Source: an uncultured Porphyromonas sp. (GTDB taxonomy: Bacteria > Bacteroidota > Bacteroidia > Bacteroidales > Porphyromonadaceae). Taken from it: a stretch of 64,000 nucleotides of DNA. The notes beneath the pieces were generated by a model, which was given only the letters and a program-made list of their open reading frames with translations, was not told the DNA's origin and searched no databases. The position numbers and the translations under genes were made by a program. The stretch spans positions 19,013 through 83,012 of the forward strand of contig CALTVJ010000002.1 of NCBI GenBank assembly GCA_943912835.1. The letters run 5' to 3'. Shown here one piece after another: positions 30,235-40,474 of this stretch (position 1 is the first letter of the stretch; each line of letters starts with the position of its first letter).

Positions 30235-30822
30235 ATGAAAAGATTTTTGCAATGCAGTGATGAGATGCTCATCTCTATGTACTCAAAAGGATGTAACGAA
30301 GCATTTGATGCCTTATTGATGCGATATGATCAGTATACGCACACCTATATCAAGTCTTTGATTATTGATGAAAATCTTGTTGAAGATATTTTTCAAGATG
30401 TTTTTATCAAGGTAATGACAACTATTAAGTCAGGTCGTTACAATGAGCGTTCGCTTTTTAAGCACTGGTTAAGCCGTATTACCTATAACATAATTATGGA
30501 TACTTTTCGTAGGCAGAAAAGTGTATCCAAAGTAGAGGTCCCTATGTCTTTTGAGGAGGAAGGTTCTTTGACTTATAACTCATTAGATAGCTCATTAAAT
30601 TCAGAAGAGCATATCATTCAAGAAGATGAAATGGCTGATTTGTATGATAAACTCAATGCCTTACCTGAGGAACAGAGGGAGGTTGTACGATTAAGAATCT
30701 GGGCAGATATGAGTTTTAAGGATATTTCTGAAGAAACTGGAGTGAGTATCAATACAGCTTTAGGACGTATGCGATATGCTCTAATAAATTTACGTAGGCA
30801 ATATGGTCTAAGTGCCGTTTAA
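30235..30822 (+). CDS. ECF-type RNA polymerase sigma factor (sigma-70 regions 2 and 4)
   Basis: Region 2 (LVEDIFQDVFIKV) and the region 4 HTH (EVVRLRIWADMSFKDISEETGVSINTALGRM) are present. No anti-sigma gene follows it. Confidence 0.8.
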   Translation: MKRFLQCSDEMLISMYSKGCNEAFDALLMRYDQYTHTYIKSLIIDENLVEDIFQDVFIKVMTTIKSGRYNERSLFKHWLSRITYNIIMDTFRRQKSVSKVEVPMSFEEEGSLTYNSLDSSLNSEEHIIQEDEMADLYDKLNALPEEQREVVRLRIWADMSFKDISEETGVSINTALGRMRYALINLRRQYGLSAV

Positions 30823-30843
30823 GAAACGACTAAAGCTAACAGG

Positions 30844-30895
30844 TAATCGTCCCTATCGTTATGAGATAATTGTTCAATAACGATGGGGACGATTA
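30844..30895. terminator. Bidirectional stem-loop terminator between the convergent ECF sigma and glnN genes
   Basis: A 17-bp stem, taatcgtccctatcgtt / aacgatggggacgatta, has one wobble position. Confidence 0.55.
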
Positions 30896-30924
30896 TTTAG
30901 GGGAAGGAGGGTTGTTTGGTCTAA

Positions 30925-33111
30925 TTAAGCAAATAGTAGTTCTCTGTATTTGAGCAAAGGCCACATCTCATCATCCACCATGAGCTCCAAGTGGTCAACA
31001 TGATAACGAATCTTATTCAGGTAGGGAAGCACTGTTTCGTAGTAGGCATAAGCTCGCTCCCTCATACTATCTATTTTATTGGCAACCTTTCTAGCCTCAG
31101 TCATCTCTTCTACAAGGGTATGTACTGCACTTAAGTGTCTACTCATTTCTGAAATAAGATGTTTGGGTCCAGAAGACAGCCCTTCATATTGTTCTCCTTC
31201 AAATACAGTTTTCAGTTTTGTTACGTTATCAAGTAGCATTGTTTGATATCGAGTAGCAACGGGGACAATATGATTTAGGCAAAGGTCTCCAAGGACACGA
31301 CTCTCGATCTGTACCTTTTTCATAAACATTTCCCACTTTACTTCATTGCGAGCTTCAAGCTCGGAACGACTAAGAACCCCTGTTTTTTCAAAAGCTTCAA
31401 TACTAGTAGGGTTGGTATAGGCTTCGTAGAGTCGTGGTACATGACTATCTGTATTTAGGCCTCTACGTTCTGCTTCTTGATGCCACTCCTCACTATAGCC
31501 ATTACCTCCAAAGCGAATGTTTTCACTATCTTTGATATATTGGCAAATAGTCTGGAAAAGTGCTTCCTTAATGCTTCCTTCTTTCTTTGCTTTGCGTTCG
31601 ACTTCCTCCGCAAAAAGATTTAATTCGTGTGCTAAGGCTGTACATAGACTTAACATAGCACAAGCTGGATTTGCAGAAGAACCAACAGCTCTAAATTCAA
31701 AGCGATTGCCGGTAAAAGCAAATGGAGATGTTCTATTTCTATCTGTGTTGTCTAGTAATAGTTCAGGAATATGTCCAACACCAAGGCTGAAACCTGTTTT
31801 GTCATCAATTAAGATTGCATCTTGACTTGAGCTTTTAAGGAATCGATCCATTACAGAGCTAACCTCAGAACCAAGAAAACAAGAGATGATAGATGGAGGT
31901 GCCTCGTGCCCTCCTAAACGGTGTAGATTGGTTGCTGAAATAATGCTGGCTTTGAGTAGGGCATCGTTACGTAGTACAGCCATTAGAGTGATGGCTATGA
32001 AAGCCAAAAAACGCAAGTTTTCTTGTGTGTTTTTTCCTGGTGAAAATAGATTGGCTCCTGTATTTGTGCCAATTGACCAATTACAATGTTTACCCGATCC
32101 ATTAATTCCTTCGAAGGGCTTTTCATGTAACAATACCACAAAATTATGACGACTTGCAACTCGCTTCATTGTACTCATAACTAATACATTATGGTCATTT
32201 GCAATATTGCATTCTTCATATATTGGAGCGAGCTCAAATTGTCGTGGAGCACACTCGTTGTGTCGTGTTTTGACAGGGATGTTCAGACGATGACATTCTG
32301 TTTCTAGATCCTTCATGAACTCTTGAACTCTTTCAGGAATAGCTCCGAAATAATGATCATCAAGCTGTTGGTTTTTTGCACTTTCATGCCCCATCAGGGT
32401 ACGCCCAGTAAGGACTAAATCGGGGCGTGCGTTGTATAGGGCCTCATCGATTAAAAAATACTCTTGTTCCCAACCTAGAAATGTTGTACATGATTCTACC
32501 TCAGGATTAAAAAAACGTACAACACGAGTTGCAGCCTTATCAATAGCATCTAAAGAACGGAGTAGAGGAGTCTTAAAATCCAAAGCTTCACCTGTATAGG
32601 CTATAAATACAGTCGGAATACACAGTGTGTCATCTACAATAAATGCTGGAGATGAAGGATCCCATGCACTATATCCTCTTGCTTCAAATGTGTTACGTAA
32701 TCCGCCATTGGGAAAGCTAGATGCGTCGGGTTCTTGTTGACTCAAGAGTTTGCCACTAAACTCATCAATCATACCTCCGTCATCAGATAAGGATGCGAAA
32801 GTATCATGTTTTTCTGCCGTACCATCAGTGAGTGGTTGAAACCAGTGAGTATAATGTGTCGCCCCTCTTTCAATAGCCCAAACTTTCATCGCATTAGCTA
32901 CTTGCTCGGCTAGCTCTAAACCTATAGGTAGGTGGTTTTTTATGTGATAGCTAAGTTTTTTGTAGTCTTCTTTGCTAAGATATCGTTTCATAGTACTATA
33001 AGTGAAAACATCTTCGGCGTAGTACTCTGAAATTGTTTTTTGAGGGCGAATTGCTGGAGTTAATTTGCGACCACTAGCTTCGGATAAAGCTTTAAATCTG
33101 AGATGCGACAT
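30925..33111 (-). CDS. glnN: Glutamine synthetase type III
   Basis: The 728-aa GSIII architecture is characteristic of Bacteroidetes, and the GS catalytic domain is in the middle of the protein. Confidence 0.9.
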   Translation of the reverse strand: MSHLRFKALSEASGRKLTPAIRPQKTISEYYAEDVFTYSTMKRYLSKEDYKKLSYHIKNHLPIGLELAEQVANAMKVWAIERGATHYTHWFQPLTDGTAEKHDTFASLSDDGGMIDEFSGKLLSQQEPDASSFPNGGLRNTFEARGYSAWDPSSPAFIVDDTLCIPTVFIAYTGEALDFKTPLLRSLDAIDKAATRVVRFFNPEVESCTTFLGWEQEYFLIDEALYNARPDLVLTGRTLMGHESAKNQQLDDHYFGAIPERVQEFMKDLETECHRLNIPVKTRHNECAPRQFELAPIYEECNIANDHNVLVMSTMKRVASRHNFVVLLHEKPFEGINGSGKHCNWSIGTNTGANLFSPGKNTQENLRFLAFIAITLMAVLRNDALLKASIISATNLHRLGGHEAPPSIISCFLGSEVSSVMDRFLKSSSQDAILIDDKTGFSLGVGHIPELLLDNTDRNRTSPFAFTGNRFEFRAVGSSANPACAMLSLCTALAHELNLFAEEVERKAKKEGSIKEALFQTICQYIKDSENIRFGGNGYSEEWHQEAERRGLNTDSHVPRLYEAYTNPTSIEAFEKTGVLSRSELEARNEVKWEMFMKKVQIESRVLGDLCLNHIVPVATRYQTMLLDNVTKLKTVFEGEQYEGLSSGPKHLISEMSRHLSAVHTLVEEMTEARKVANKIDSMRERAYAYYETVLPYLNKIRYHVDHLELMVDDEMWPLLKYRELLFA

Positions 33112-33300
33112 AAAAGATTATTTATATTTAATATTGTAGAAAGCGTTAAAATGCGAAAACTATTAGATAATATCTCTTATGGACTGCAAAGTTATGCATT
33201 ATCCAAGAAAAAAACGATAACGTCGGTTCATATTCAATAGCTTTCTAATTGTTCCAAAATCTATATCTTTAAGGGACAGAGAATTTAAGACTAATTTATT

Positions 33301-33684
33301 ATGGGAAAAACTTGTTATAAATTAGAGTTTCAGTTTGCTCAAGTTTCACGAACTCAAATGTGGTCAATGCTGTCTACTGCTGAAGGATTGAGTATGTGGA
33401 TCGGAGCAAAAGTCAATATTGATCAAGGAAAAGCTAGTTTTCTATGGAGTGGAGGGGCTATTAGTCATGCATCAGTTGTAATTGATGCGATAGAGAAAAA
33501 AGTGGTTTTTCGTTGGCTTACAGAGCTTGGAGGATTTGTATTAAAACAATCTAGATCAGATTTAACAAAAGATCTAACGTTGGTAATATTAGATGAATGT
33601 GATGAGAGCGATCTGGAAAGTAATCAACACATTTGGGAACATCAAGTTGCAAAACTTCAGTATCAATTAGGTATATGCAATTAA
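33301..33684 (+). CDS. START-like domain protein (Bacteroidetes family)
   Basis: The 127-aa product has a motif (EFQFAQVSRTQMWSMLSTAEGLSMWIGAKVNIDQGKASFLWSG) resembling Bacteroidetes START-like domain proteins. Confidence 0.45.
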   Translation: MGKTCYKLEFQFAQVSRTQMWSMLSTAEGLSMWIGAKVNIDQGKASFLWSGGAISHASVVIDAIEKKVVFRWLTELGGFVLKQSRSDLTKDLTLVILDECDESDLESNQHIWEHQVAKLQYQLGICN

Positions 33685-33689
33685 CTGCT

Positions 33690-34466
33690 CTAATCCCTTT
33701 CGAACTGTTCTAATGTTAAGTGTTCTCCATCCCATACTGCATAGCTATTGTAGGTGAGCCAATCGCCCAAAATCATCATACGTTTACGATTTCTTAGCAT
33801 GAGATCCAACATCAAGTGTCTATGCCCATAAATATAGTAGTCAACTTCGGGATAGTCATCTATATAAAGCTTTGTTTTTTTTACTAAATGTTCTTGTTCG
33901 ATGTTGAAATAATCATTTTTTGTAGGATTTTTCTGATGCTGATGAATGCCTTTTTTTCGACTATTTAAACTCCATGACATAGCAAACCCAACAGTCCATC
34001 TAGGATGTATAGATGCAAACAATACTCTAGCCAACTTACTTCGAAATAATAGATACAGAAAGTTGTTTGTTACAGAAACAGATCGATACTCTTCATCTCC
34101 GTGTGCAAGTCTAAATTTCTTATTGCCTAGTTGGACTATCTCAGCATCTAGGTGGATATGTGCATTTATTTCATTAGTGAGATAGTCTCTAAACCAAGTG
34201 TCATGGTTCCCAGCAAAAAAGTGGAGCTCCACTCCGTCATCGGCTAGAGTTGCTAATTTACCTAGAAACCTGATATATCCTTTAGGAATAACGTATTTAT
34301 ATTCGAACCAATAGTCAAATATATCACCTAGAAAATAAATCGCTTTTGCGCTAGGAGCTATGTGATCTAACCAACGTACAAGTCGACGCTCAACATCTGT
34401 AGGATTTTCATGATAAGCTGAGCCCAAATGAACATCGCTGGTAAAATAAATCTTTGTTCTGTTCAC
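33690..34466 (-). CDS. lpxH: UDP-2,3-diacylglucosamine diphosphatase-like calcineurin-type metallophosphoesterase
   Basis: The motifs DVHLG, GDIFDYW and GNHD are present. Confidence 0.6.
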   Translation of the reverse strand: MNRTKIYFTSDVHLGSAYHENPTDVERRLVRWLDHIAPSAKAIYFLGDIFDYWFEYKYVIPKGYIRFLGKLATLADDGVELHFFAGNHDTWFRDYLTNEINAHIHLDAEIVQLGNKKFRLAHGDEEYRSVSVTNNFLYLLFRSKLARVLFASIHPRWTVGFAMSWSLNSRKKGIHQHQKNPTKNDYFNIEQEHLVKKTKLYIDDYPEVDYYIYGHRHLMLDLMLRNRKRMMILGDWLTYNSYAVWDGEHLTLEQFERD

Positions 34467-34484
34467 ACGAGAATCTATATTCTG

Positions 34485-34802
34485 TTATAAAAAACCAAGT
34501 TCAAGAAGAGCTTCTTCACTCATCATATCTTTAGTCCACTCAGGCTCAAATGTAAGATTGATTTTACAGTCTTTTACTCCATCAACATACATTACCTTGT
34601 CCTTTGTATCTTCAACTATAAAATCAGCAGCAGGACAATTGGGGGCTGTAAGGGTCATGGTAATGGTCACAACATCCTCATCATTAATATCTACCCCGTA
34701 AATTAGACCTAAGTCATAGATATTGACTGGGATCTCTGGGTCATAAACCATCTTTAGCATACGAACAATTTGTTCCTCTTTTTCCAAATATATGTTGTCC
34801 AT
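34485..34802 (-). CDS. sufT: DUF59/MIP18-family Fe-S assembly protein (SufT-like)
   Basis: The 105-aa product has the conserved Cys in TLTAPNCPAADF. Confidence 0.7.
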   Translation of the reverse strand: MDNIYLEKEEQIVRMLKMVYDPEIPVNIYDLGLIYGVDINDEDVVTITMTLTAPNCPAADFIVEDTKDKVMYVDGVKDCKINLTFEPEWTKDMMSEEALLELGFL

Positions 34803-34804
34803 TT

Positions 34805-35119
34805 TTATTTTGTTTTAGTAATGTTTATTATTTCTAAGTCTCTCAATAACTCAGCTTTAATATCTTGATTAATTCTTGCAATTAAATTTCTTTTATCTAA
34901 TAGAATTGCTTGTTTGACAGCACCGGAGTGAATTTCCATATAAAGTATTCCATTGTCAATCGTACATGAGCCAATATAACGAGAGATTGATCCGAATATA
35001 TTAGGTATTAGTGAGATTGCTTGGTATTTTAATAAATGCTCGTGGATATCAGGTTCTTCTTCTAGCATTTGCTTAAAGACTTCTGCTACAGAGAAGGTTT
35101 CAGTACGTTTCATGTTCAA
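34805..35119 (-). CDS. DUF721 (DciA-like) protein downstream of recF
   Basis: It is 104 aa and overlaps the recF 3' end by 20 nt, the typical recF-DUF721 arrangement. Confidence 0.6.
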   Translation of the reverse strand: MNMKRTETFSVAEVFKQMLEEEPDIHEHLLKYQAISLIPNIFGSISRYIGSCTIDNGILYMEIHSGAVKQAILLDKRNLIARINQDIKAELLRDLEIINITKTK

Positions 35120-36209
35120 GAATTTTACCTTTATCTACTGAAAATATTTGAAAATCTTTTCCCCAACTATGTATGATTTCGTGAAGATATTTTCTATTGG
35201 TATCTGTAATGAATATTTGACCAAAATTTTCCCCCCCAACTAATTCGATAATACGGCTAACCCTTTCGGCATCAAGTTTATCAAAAATATCATCAAGAAG
35301 TAACATCGGTTTTTCTGGATTGGTATTATTTAAAATACGATATTGAGCGAGTTTTAGACTAATCAAGTAGGTTTTACGTTGACCTTCACTTCCAACCTTT
35401 TTGATAGGATCTTCTCCTAGACTCATATTTAGATCATCTCTATGTATACCTACGGATGTGTAGCCTACAATTTTATCTTTAATCCTTTGGTTGTAGAGAA
35501 GTTCATATAGATTTCCAGAATTACTATTTAAGGAGCTGATATACTCTAAATTAATACTCTCTTGCTCTTGAGCTATAGAGATATAGTAGTCTTGGAAATA
35601 TGGTTTAAATACCTCAACGAACTCTCTTCGTTTTTCCCAAATATATTTTGCATAATGGCTCAATTGATGATCCAAGACATCTAAAAGATTATCATCTTGA
35701 TGATCACTTTTTAATAATCGATTACGTTGATCTATAGCTCCATTATAGCTGTGGAGAGCGTGCATATATGAGCTGTCTTGCTGAGACAGTTGCATATCCA
35801 AAAATCGACGTCGCTCATCGCTATTTCCTTGTATAAGTTGAAAATCTTGAGGAGAGATAATGACCAACGGAAAAAAACCTATATGTTCGCTAAGGCGTGC
35901 ATATTCTTTTTTATTGCGTTTTAGAATTTTTCTTTGTCCAGGACGAATTTGTAATAATACTTGTTTTTCTTCATCATGCTCTGTGATGTAGAGTCCTTCC
36001 AGAATAGATGCCTCTGCTCCTTTTCTTACAGCTAAGCTGTCAGTTATTCCTAAATGACTGCGAGTAAAAGACAAATAGTGTAAAGCGTCAAGTACATTGG
36101 TTTTACCCATACCATTTAGCCCTATAAAGCAATTGACTTTATCAGAGAAGTTTAGGGTAGCTGTTTCAATACTTTTAAAGTTTACTATGCTAATTTTGCG
36201 TAATATCAT
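35100..36209 (-). CDS. recF: DNA replication and repair protein RecF
   Basis: The Walker A motif (GLNGMGKTNVLDAL) and the SMC-like signature and Walker B motifs are present. Confidence 0.9.
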   Translation of the reverse strand: MILRKISIVNFKSIETATLNFSDKVNCFIGLNGMGKTNVLDALHYLSFTRSHLGITDSLAVRKGAEASILEGLYITEHDEEKQVLLQIRPGQRKILKRNKKEYARLSEHIGFFPLVIISPQDFQLIQGNSDERRRFLDMQLSQQDSSYMHALHSYNGAIDQRNRLLKSDHQDDNLLDVLDHQLSHYAKYIWEKRREFVEVFKPYFQDYYISIAQEQESINLEYISSLNSNSGNLYELLYNQRIKDKIVGYTSVGIHRDDLNMSLGEDPIKKVGSEGQRKTYLISLKLAQYRILNNTNPEKPMLLLDDIFDKLDAERVSRIIELVGGENFGQIFITDTNRKYLHEIIHSWGKDFQIFSVDKGKILEHETY

Positions 36210-36215
36210 ACTTTA

Positions 36216-36223
36216 CAAAGATA
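36216..36223 (-). promoter_or_regulatory. Candidate -7 promoter box TATCTTTG directly upstream of the recF ATG
   Basis: The minus strand reads ttttgtatctttgtaaagtATG, so the box ends 6 nt before the start codon. This implies a leaderless or very short-leader mRNA. Confidence 0.35.
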
Positions 36224-36266
36224 CAAAAGCTTGGTTGTTGTATGCCAAATCTTAGCTTGTTTTTGG

Positions 36267-36274
36267 TAACTTTG
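36267..36274 (+). promoter_or_regulatory. Candidate -7 promoter box TAACTTTG upstream of the OMP gene
   Basis: It matches TAnnTTTG 32 nt upstream of the ATG at 36307. Confidence 0.3.
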
Positions 36275-36306
36275 TGTACCATTATAAACTTAACTAACTT
36301 AAAATT

Positions 36307-36891
36307 ATGAAGAGACCGATCTTACTATCCTTATTAGTAGCATCCGTTTTAAACGTTTCTAATTATCGACTTGAGGCTCAGGAAACCTCTCAGACTCATC
36401 ATTTTCAGCACAATAAAAAATTCTGGGCTGGAGGGAGTCTAACACTTTGGTCGGATAAAGAAACTAAGGAAACCAATGTTGTTATTCGTCCAGAATTTGG
36501 TCATTTTATATCAAGCAAAGTCGGTATCGGTTTATTCGGAGGTTTTGCTCAAGAAGAAGGGCAACGTCATTACAGCATTACGCCATTTACTCGTTTATAT
36601 ATCCTTGATCGTACACCTTTTAACATATATTTAGATGGTGGGATAGGCTTTAGTTGGGGACAAACCAAATTAAACAATTCTTGGAGTAAGCCTATGTTTG
36701 GATATGAGATTGGAGTAAGACCTGGTGCATGTCTAGATTTGGTTGAGGGATTATGTCTATGTTTGCGTATGGGCTTTTTAGGATATCGAAATAAGTTTGT
36801 TGCAGGCGAAGAACCTGAGTTAACACCTAGTGGTTTTGGACTCAGGTTTGCCCCAGAAGAACTAATGATAGGATTAGAAATAGAGTTCTAA
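36307..36891 (+). CDS. Small outer-membrane beta-barrel protein (OMP_b-brl/porin-like)
   Basis: It has a signal peptide, alternating amphipathic beta-strands, and the C-terminal ...LEIEF terminal Phe. Confidence 0.6.
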   Translation: MKRPILLSLLVASVLNVSNYRLEAQETSQTHHFQHNKKFWAGGSLTLWSDKETKETNVVIRPEFGHFISSKVGIGLFGGFAQEEGQRHYSITPFTRLYILDRTPFNIYLDGGIGFSWGQTKLNNSWSKPMFGYEIGVRPGACLDLVEGLCLCLRMGFLGYRNKFVAGEEPELTPSGFGLRFAPEELMIGLEIEF

Positions 36892-36894
36892 GAA

Positions 36895-36927
36895 AACGCC
36901 CTTATAGCTTTTAAGCATAAGGGCGTT
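36895..36927. terminator. Bidirectional terminator between the convergent OMP gene and sufD
   Basis: There is a perfect 11-bp stem, aacgcccttat / ataagggcgtt. Confidence 0.55.
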
Positions 36928-36932
36928 ATTAG

Positions 36933-38096
36933 TTAGATAAACTGCTCTGCAATTAGCTCTCTAATTTCGTCTTTTAACTCATCTCGTTCAATTAATTGTA
37001 AAACATCTTCAGAGAAGGCAATACTGAGTAGTCTCTTAGCCTCGCCCCTTGCAATACCCCGTTGCTGCATATAGAATATAGCTTGTTCATTGAGTTGTCC
37101 TGTAGTCATACCATGACTACATTTTACATCATCTGCATATATTTCTAACTGAGGTTTAGCTTGCATCTTCGCTGTTTTACTTAGGAGAAGATTGTTGTTT
37201 GTCTGATATGCTTGCGTTTTTTGAGCATCAACAGCAACTAATATACGCCCAGTAAAGACTCCATAGCTTGTATCTGTTAGGACATACTTAAATAGTTCAT
37301 TACTAGTACAGTGAGGGACACTATGACTGATGAACGAGAAGTTATCAGTATGTTCTTCCCCTCTGTTTACAACAAAGCCTCCTAGATTAAGATTCGCATT
37401 GATACCAGCTAGGTCACAATAATAATTATTGCGGGTCCTTCCATTTGTTAGCGAGAAGAAATTTATATTAGCATCACTATTTGAACTTTGATATAAATGG
37501 AGGGTTGCAATACGGTTGCTTGTAGAGCATGTTTGTTCTATATCGGTATAACTTAGCTTTGCCCCTACACCCAAATGAATATCAACCCGTTGTAAGCTCA
37601 TACTTTGATGTTCTCCAACACTACGCTCTCTTACAATAATCTCTAATTCAGAAGAGTTTTCAAGAACGACTAAAATATGCCTCGCTTCTAAGACTTTGCC
37701 ATTAGCCATCAAAAATGATTCGAGCTGGTATGCTCCCTCAATCTTCGTGTAAGCTGGAACATATATTAAATGGGTATCAGGTGCAAGTCCTTTAGCTGCA
37801 TGGGCTATAGAATCCTTCTCTGTACTTGATATTTGAGGGAGTTGCTTGTCAAATCCTTTTAGGGGACCTATATATACTTCCTTAGGGAGGGTTAGTTCTT
37901 CTATGTTATCTGTGTATTCAGCCGTGCCATATTCCCAGTTAGCATCCAGCATACTTTTTAAATCAGTACGTTGGTACTCTTCACTCCTGAATTCTGGTAG
38001 CCCTAAAGATACAAACTGTTTGAGGGCTTTCTCTTGATCAGGGCTTGGAGTCGGTAATAATGAGACTAATTTCTGTTCGATAGTCATCAATAGCAA
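36933..38096 (-). CDS. sufD: Fe-S cluster assembly protein SufD
   Basis: It is 387 aa with the SufBD beta-helix domain, and it is last in the sufBCD order. Confidence 0.85.
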   Translation of the reverse strand: MLLMTIEQKLVSLLPTPSPDQEKALKQFVSLGLPEFRSEEYQRTDLKSMLDANWEYGTAEYTDNIEELTLPKEVYIGPLKGFDKQLPQISSTEKDSIAHAAKGLAPDTHLIYVPAYTKIEGAYQLESFLMANGKVLEARHILVVLENSSELEIIVRERSVGEHQSMSLQRVDIHLGVGAKLSYTDIEQTCSTSNRIATLHLYQSSNSDANINFFSLTNGRTRNNYYCDLAGINANLNLGGFVVNRGEEHTDNFSFISHSVPHCTSNELFKYVLTDTSYGVFTGRILVAVDAQKTQAYQTNNNLLLSKTAKMQAKPQLEIYADDVKCSHGMTTGQLNEQAIFYMQQRGIARGEAKRLLSIAFSEDVLQLIERDELKDEIRELIAEQFI

Positions 38097-38099
38097 ATT

Positions 38100-38846
38100 T
38101 TATTGTTCATCTTTTAGCCAATCATAACCTTTCGCTTCTAATTCAAGTGCTAGGCTGGCAGTTCCACTCTTTACAATGCGTCCATTATGCAAAACATGGA
38201 CATAGTCTGGTTTTATATAATCGAGTAGGCGTTGATAGTGTGTAATAACAATTGTACTACGTTCGGGGCTACGAAGAGCGTTCACTCCATTGGCTACAAC
38301 ACGTAAGGCATCAATATCTAAACCACTATCGGTTTCATCTAGGATTGCAAGTTTAGGCTCTAGCATAGCCATTTGAAATATTTCATTACGCTTTTTTTCT
38401 CCTCCTGAGAAGCCCTCGTTGACAGAGCGACTTGCTAAATTACTATCAAGTTCTACTAAAGCTCTTTTTTCTTTCATTAGTTTGAGGAACTCTGATGCGC
38501 TCATAGGATCCGCCCCAATAGCCTTACGGCGTTCGTTTATTGCTGCTCGCATGAAGTTGACCATACTTACTCCTGGTATTTCTACGGGGTATTGAAAACT
38601 GAGGAACATACCAAGGTGGGCTCTTTCTTCTGGTTCTAGTTCAAGTATGCTTTCTCCTTCGAATTCAATCTCTCCAGAAGTAACTTCAAAAGATGGATGC
38701 CCAACTAAGACTGAGGATAATGTACTCTTACCAGCTCCATTCGGACCCATTATAGCATGAATTTCTCCTGCTTTTACTTCTAAACTTAAGCCTTTTAATA
38801 TCTCTTTATCTCCAATATTGGCGTGTAAATCTTTTATTTTTAGCAT
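38100..38846 (-). CDS. sufC: Fe-S cluster assembly ATPase SufC
   Basis: It is an ABC ATPase with the motifs [17 protein letters not shown] and [10 protein letters not shown]. Confidence 0.9.
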   Translation of the reverse strand: MLKIKDLHANIGDKEILKGLSLEVKAGEIHAIMGPNGAGKSTLSSVLVGHPSFEVTSGEIEFEGESILELEPEERAHLGMFLSFQYPVEIPGVSMVNFMRAAINERRKAIGADPMSASEFLKLMKEKRALVELDSNLASRSVNEGFSGGEKKRNEIFQMAMLEPKLAILDETDSGLDIDALRVVANGVNALRSPERSTIVITHYQRLLDYIKPDYVHVLHNGRIVKSGTASLALELEAKGYDWLKDEQ

Positions 38847-38906
38847 TTTCGTGTTTATGATAAATCCTTAACATCCCTAATTCTGGGTTATCTTACTATT
38901 TTTTTC

Positions 38907-40352
38907 TTAACCAACAGAGCCTTCAAGTGAAATAGAGAGCAATTTTTGTGCTTCAACAGCAAACTCCATAGGTAATTTATTCATGACTTCCTTGGCATAT
39001 CCATTAACTATTAAGCCGACAGCTTCTTCAACAGAAATACCTCGTTGTTGGCAATAGAATACTTGATCCTCACTGATTTTACTCGTTGTCGCTTCATGCT
39101 CAATGATTGCGGTGTCATTGTCAACTTGTACATACGGGAAAGTATGAGCACCACAAGTACTACCGAGTAGTAGGCTATCACATTGAGAGTGATTACGAGC
39201 ATTGTCAGCGTGTTTACCTACTTGGACGAGTCCACGATAGCTGTTTTGACTTTTACCAGCACTAATTCCTTTACTTACGATACGACTTTTAGTATTTTTC
39301 CCTAAGTGTATCATTTTTGTACCAGTATCAGCTTGTTGGTAGTTATTCGTTACTGCTACAGAGTAAAATTCGGCAACACTTTCATCTCCCTGTAAAACGC
39401 AACTAGGATATTTCCAGGTGATTGCAGAGCCTGTCTCAACTTGGGTCCAACTCAATTTAGAGCGGTCTCCTCGGCAGATTCCTCTTTTGGTTACAAAGTT
39501 GTAAATACCGCCATTTCCGTCTTTATCTCCAGGGAACCAATTTTGAACAGTTGAGTACTTAACTTCAGCATCTTTTTCGACGATAATCTCCACGATTGCT
39601 GCATGTAATTGATTTTCATCTCTTTGAGGGGCTGTACATCCTTCAAGATAGCTAACATATGATCCTTCGTCTGCAACGATAAGTGTTCGTTCGAATTGTC
39701 CAGTATTGATTGCATTTATTCTGAAGTATGTTGATAGCTCCATGGGGCATCTTACGCCTTTAGGGATATAAACAAATGAACCATCAGAAAAAACAGCAGA
39801 ATTCATTGCTGCAAAGAAGTTATCCTTAACAGGGACTACCGTTCCTAAATATTTTCGAACTAACTCGGGATATTCCTTTACCGCATCACTGAAGGAACAA
39901 AAGATAATACCTTTTTCTGCAAGTTTTTCTTTAAATGTTGTTTTTACAGATACAGAGTCTAATACAGCATCAACAGCTATACCACTTAAGATCTTCTGTT
40001 CTTCCAGAGGAATACCCAACTTTTCGAATGTTTTTAATAGTTCAGGATCAACCTCATCTAGACTTTTAGGTCCTTCCTTCTTTTTGGGCGCAGCATAGTA
40101 GTAAATATCCTGATAATCTATTTCAGGGATTTTCAATTGAGCCCAATCAGGCATACTCATTTCTTGCCAAGCTTTGAGCGCATTGAGGCGATACTCTAAC
40201 ATCCACTCTGGTTCTTCTTTTTTTGCAGAAATAAGTCTTACGGTCTCTTCATTAAGACCTTTCCCCAAGGTTTCTGTATCGATGTCGGTACTGAAACCAT
40301 ACTTATATTCGCTTGACGTAACTTCGTCAATTATTTGTTCGTTTTCTGACAT
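38907..40352 (-). CDS. sufB: Fe-S cluster assembly scaffold SufB
   Basis: It is 481 aa with the conserved SufB C-terminal domain. Confidence 0.9.
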   Translation of the reverse strand: MSENEQIIDEVTSSEYKYGFSTDIDTETLGKGLNEETVRLISAKKEEPEWMLEYRLNALKAWQEMSMPDWAQLKIPEIDYQDIYYYAAPKKKEGPKSLDEVDPELLKTFEKLGIPLEEQKILSGIAVDAVLDSVSVKTTFKEKLAEKGIIFCSFSDAVKEYPELVRKYLGTVVPVKDNFFAAMNSAVFSDGSFVYIPKGVRCPMELSTYFRINAINTGQFERTLIVADEGSYVSYLEGCTAPQRDENQLHAAIVEIIVEKDAEVKYSTVQNWFPGDKDGNGGIYNFVTKRGICRGDRSKLSWTQVETGSAITWKYPSCVLQGDESVAEFYSVAVTNNYQQADTGTKMIHLGKNTKSRIVSKGISAGKSQNSYRGLVQVGKHADNARNHSQCDSLLLGSTCGAHTFPYVQVDNDTAIIEHEATTSKISEDQVFYCQQRGISVEEAVGLIVNGYAKEVMNKLPMEFAVEAQKLLSISLEGSVG

Positions 40353-40474
40353 TTTATCCGTGGTAATTAGGATTTTTTAGAGATAACATATTCTGTAAAT
40401 GTTTTGTTTTAAGCATCGAGGTAAATACACTTACCACTCTCTATCGATCAATTTAGAATCTTTATTAGAGTTTC

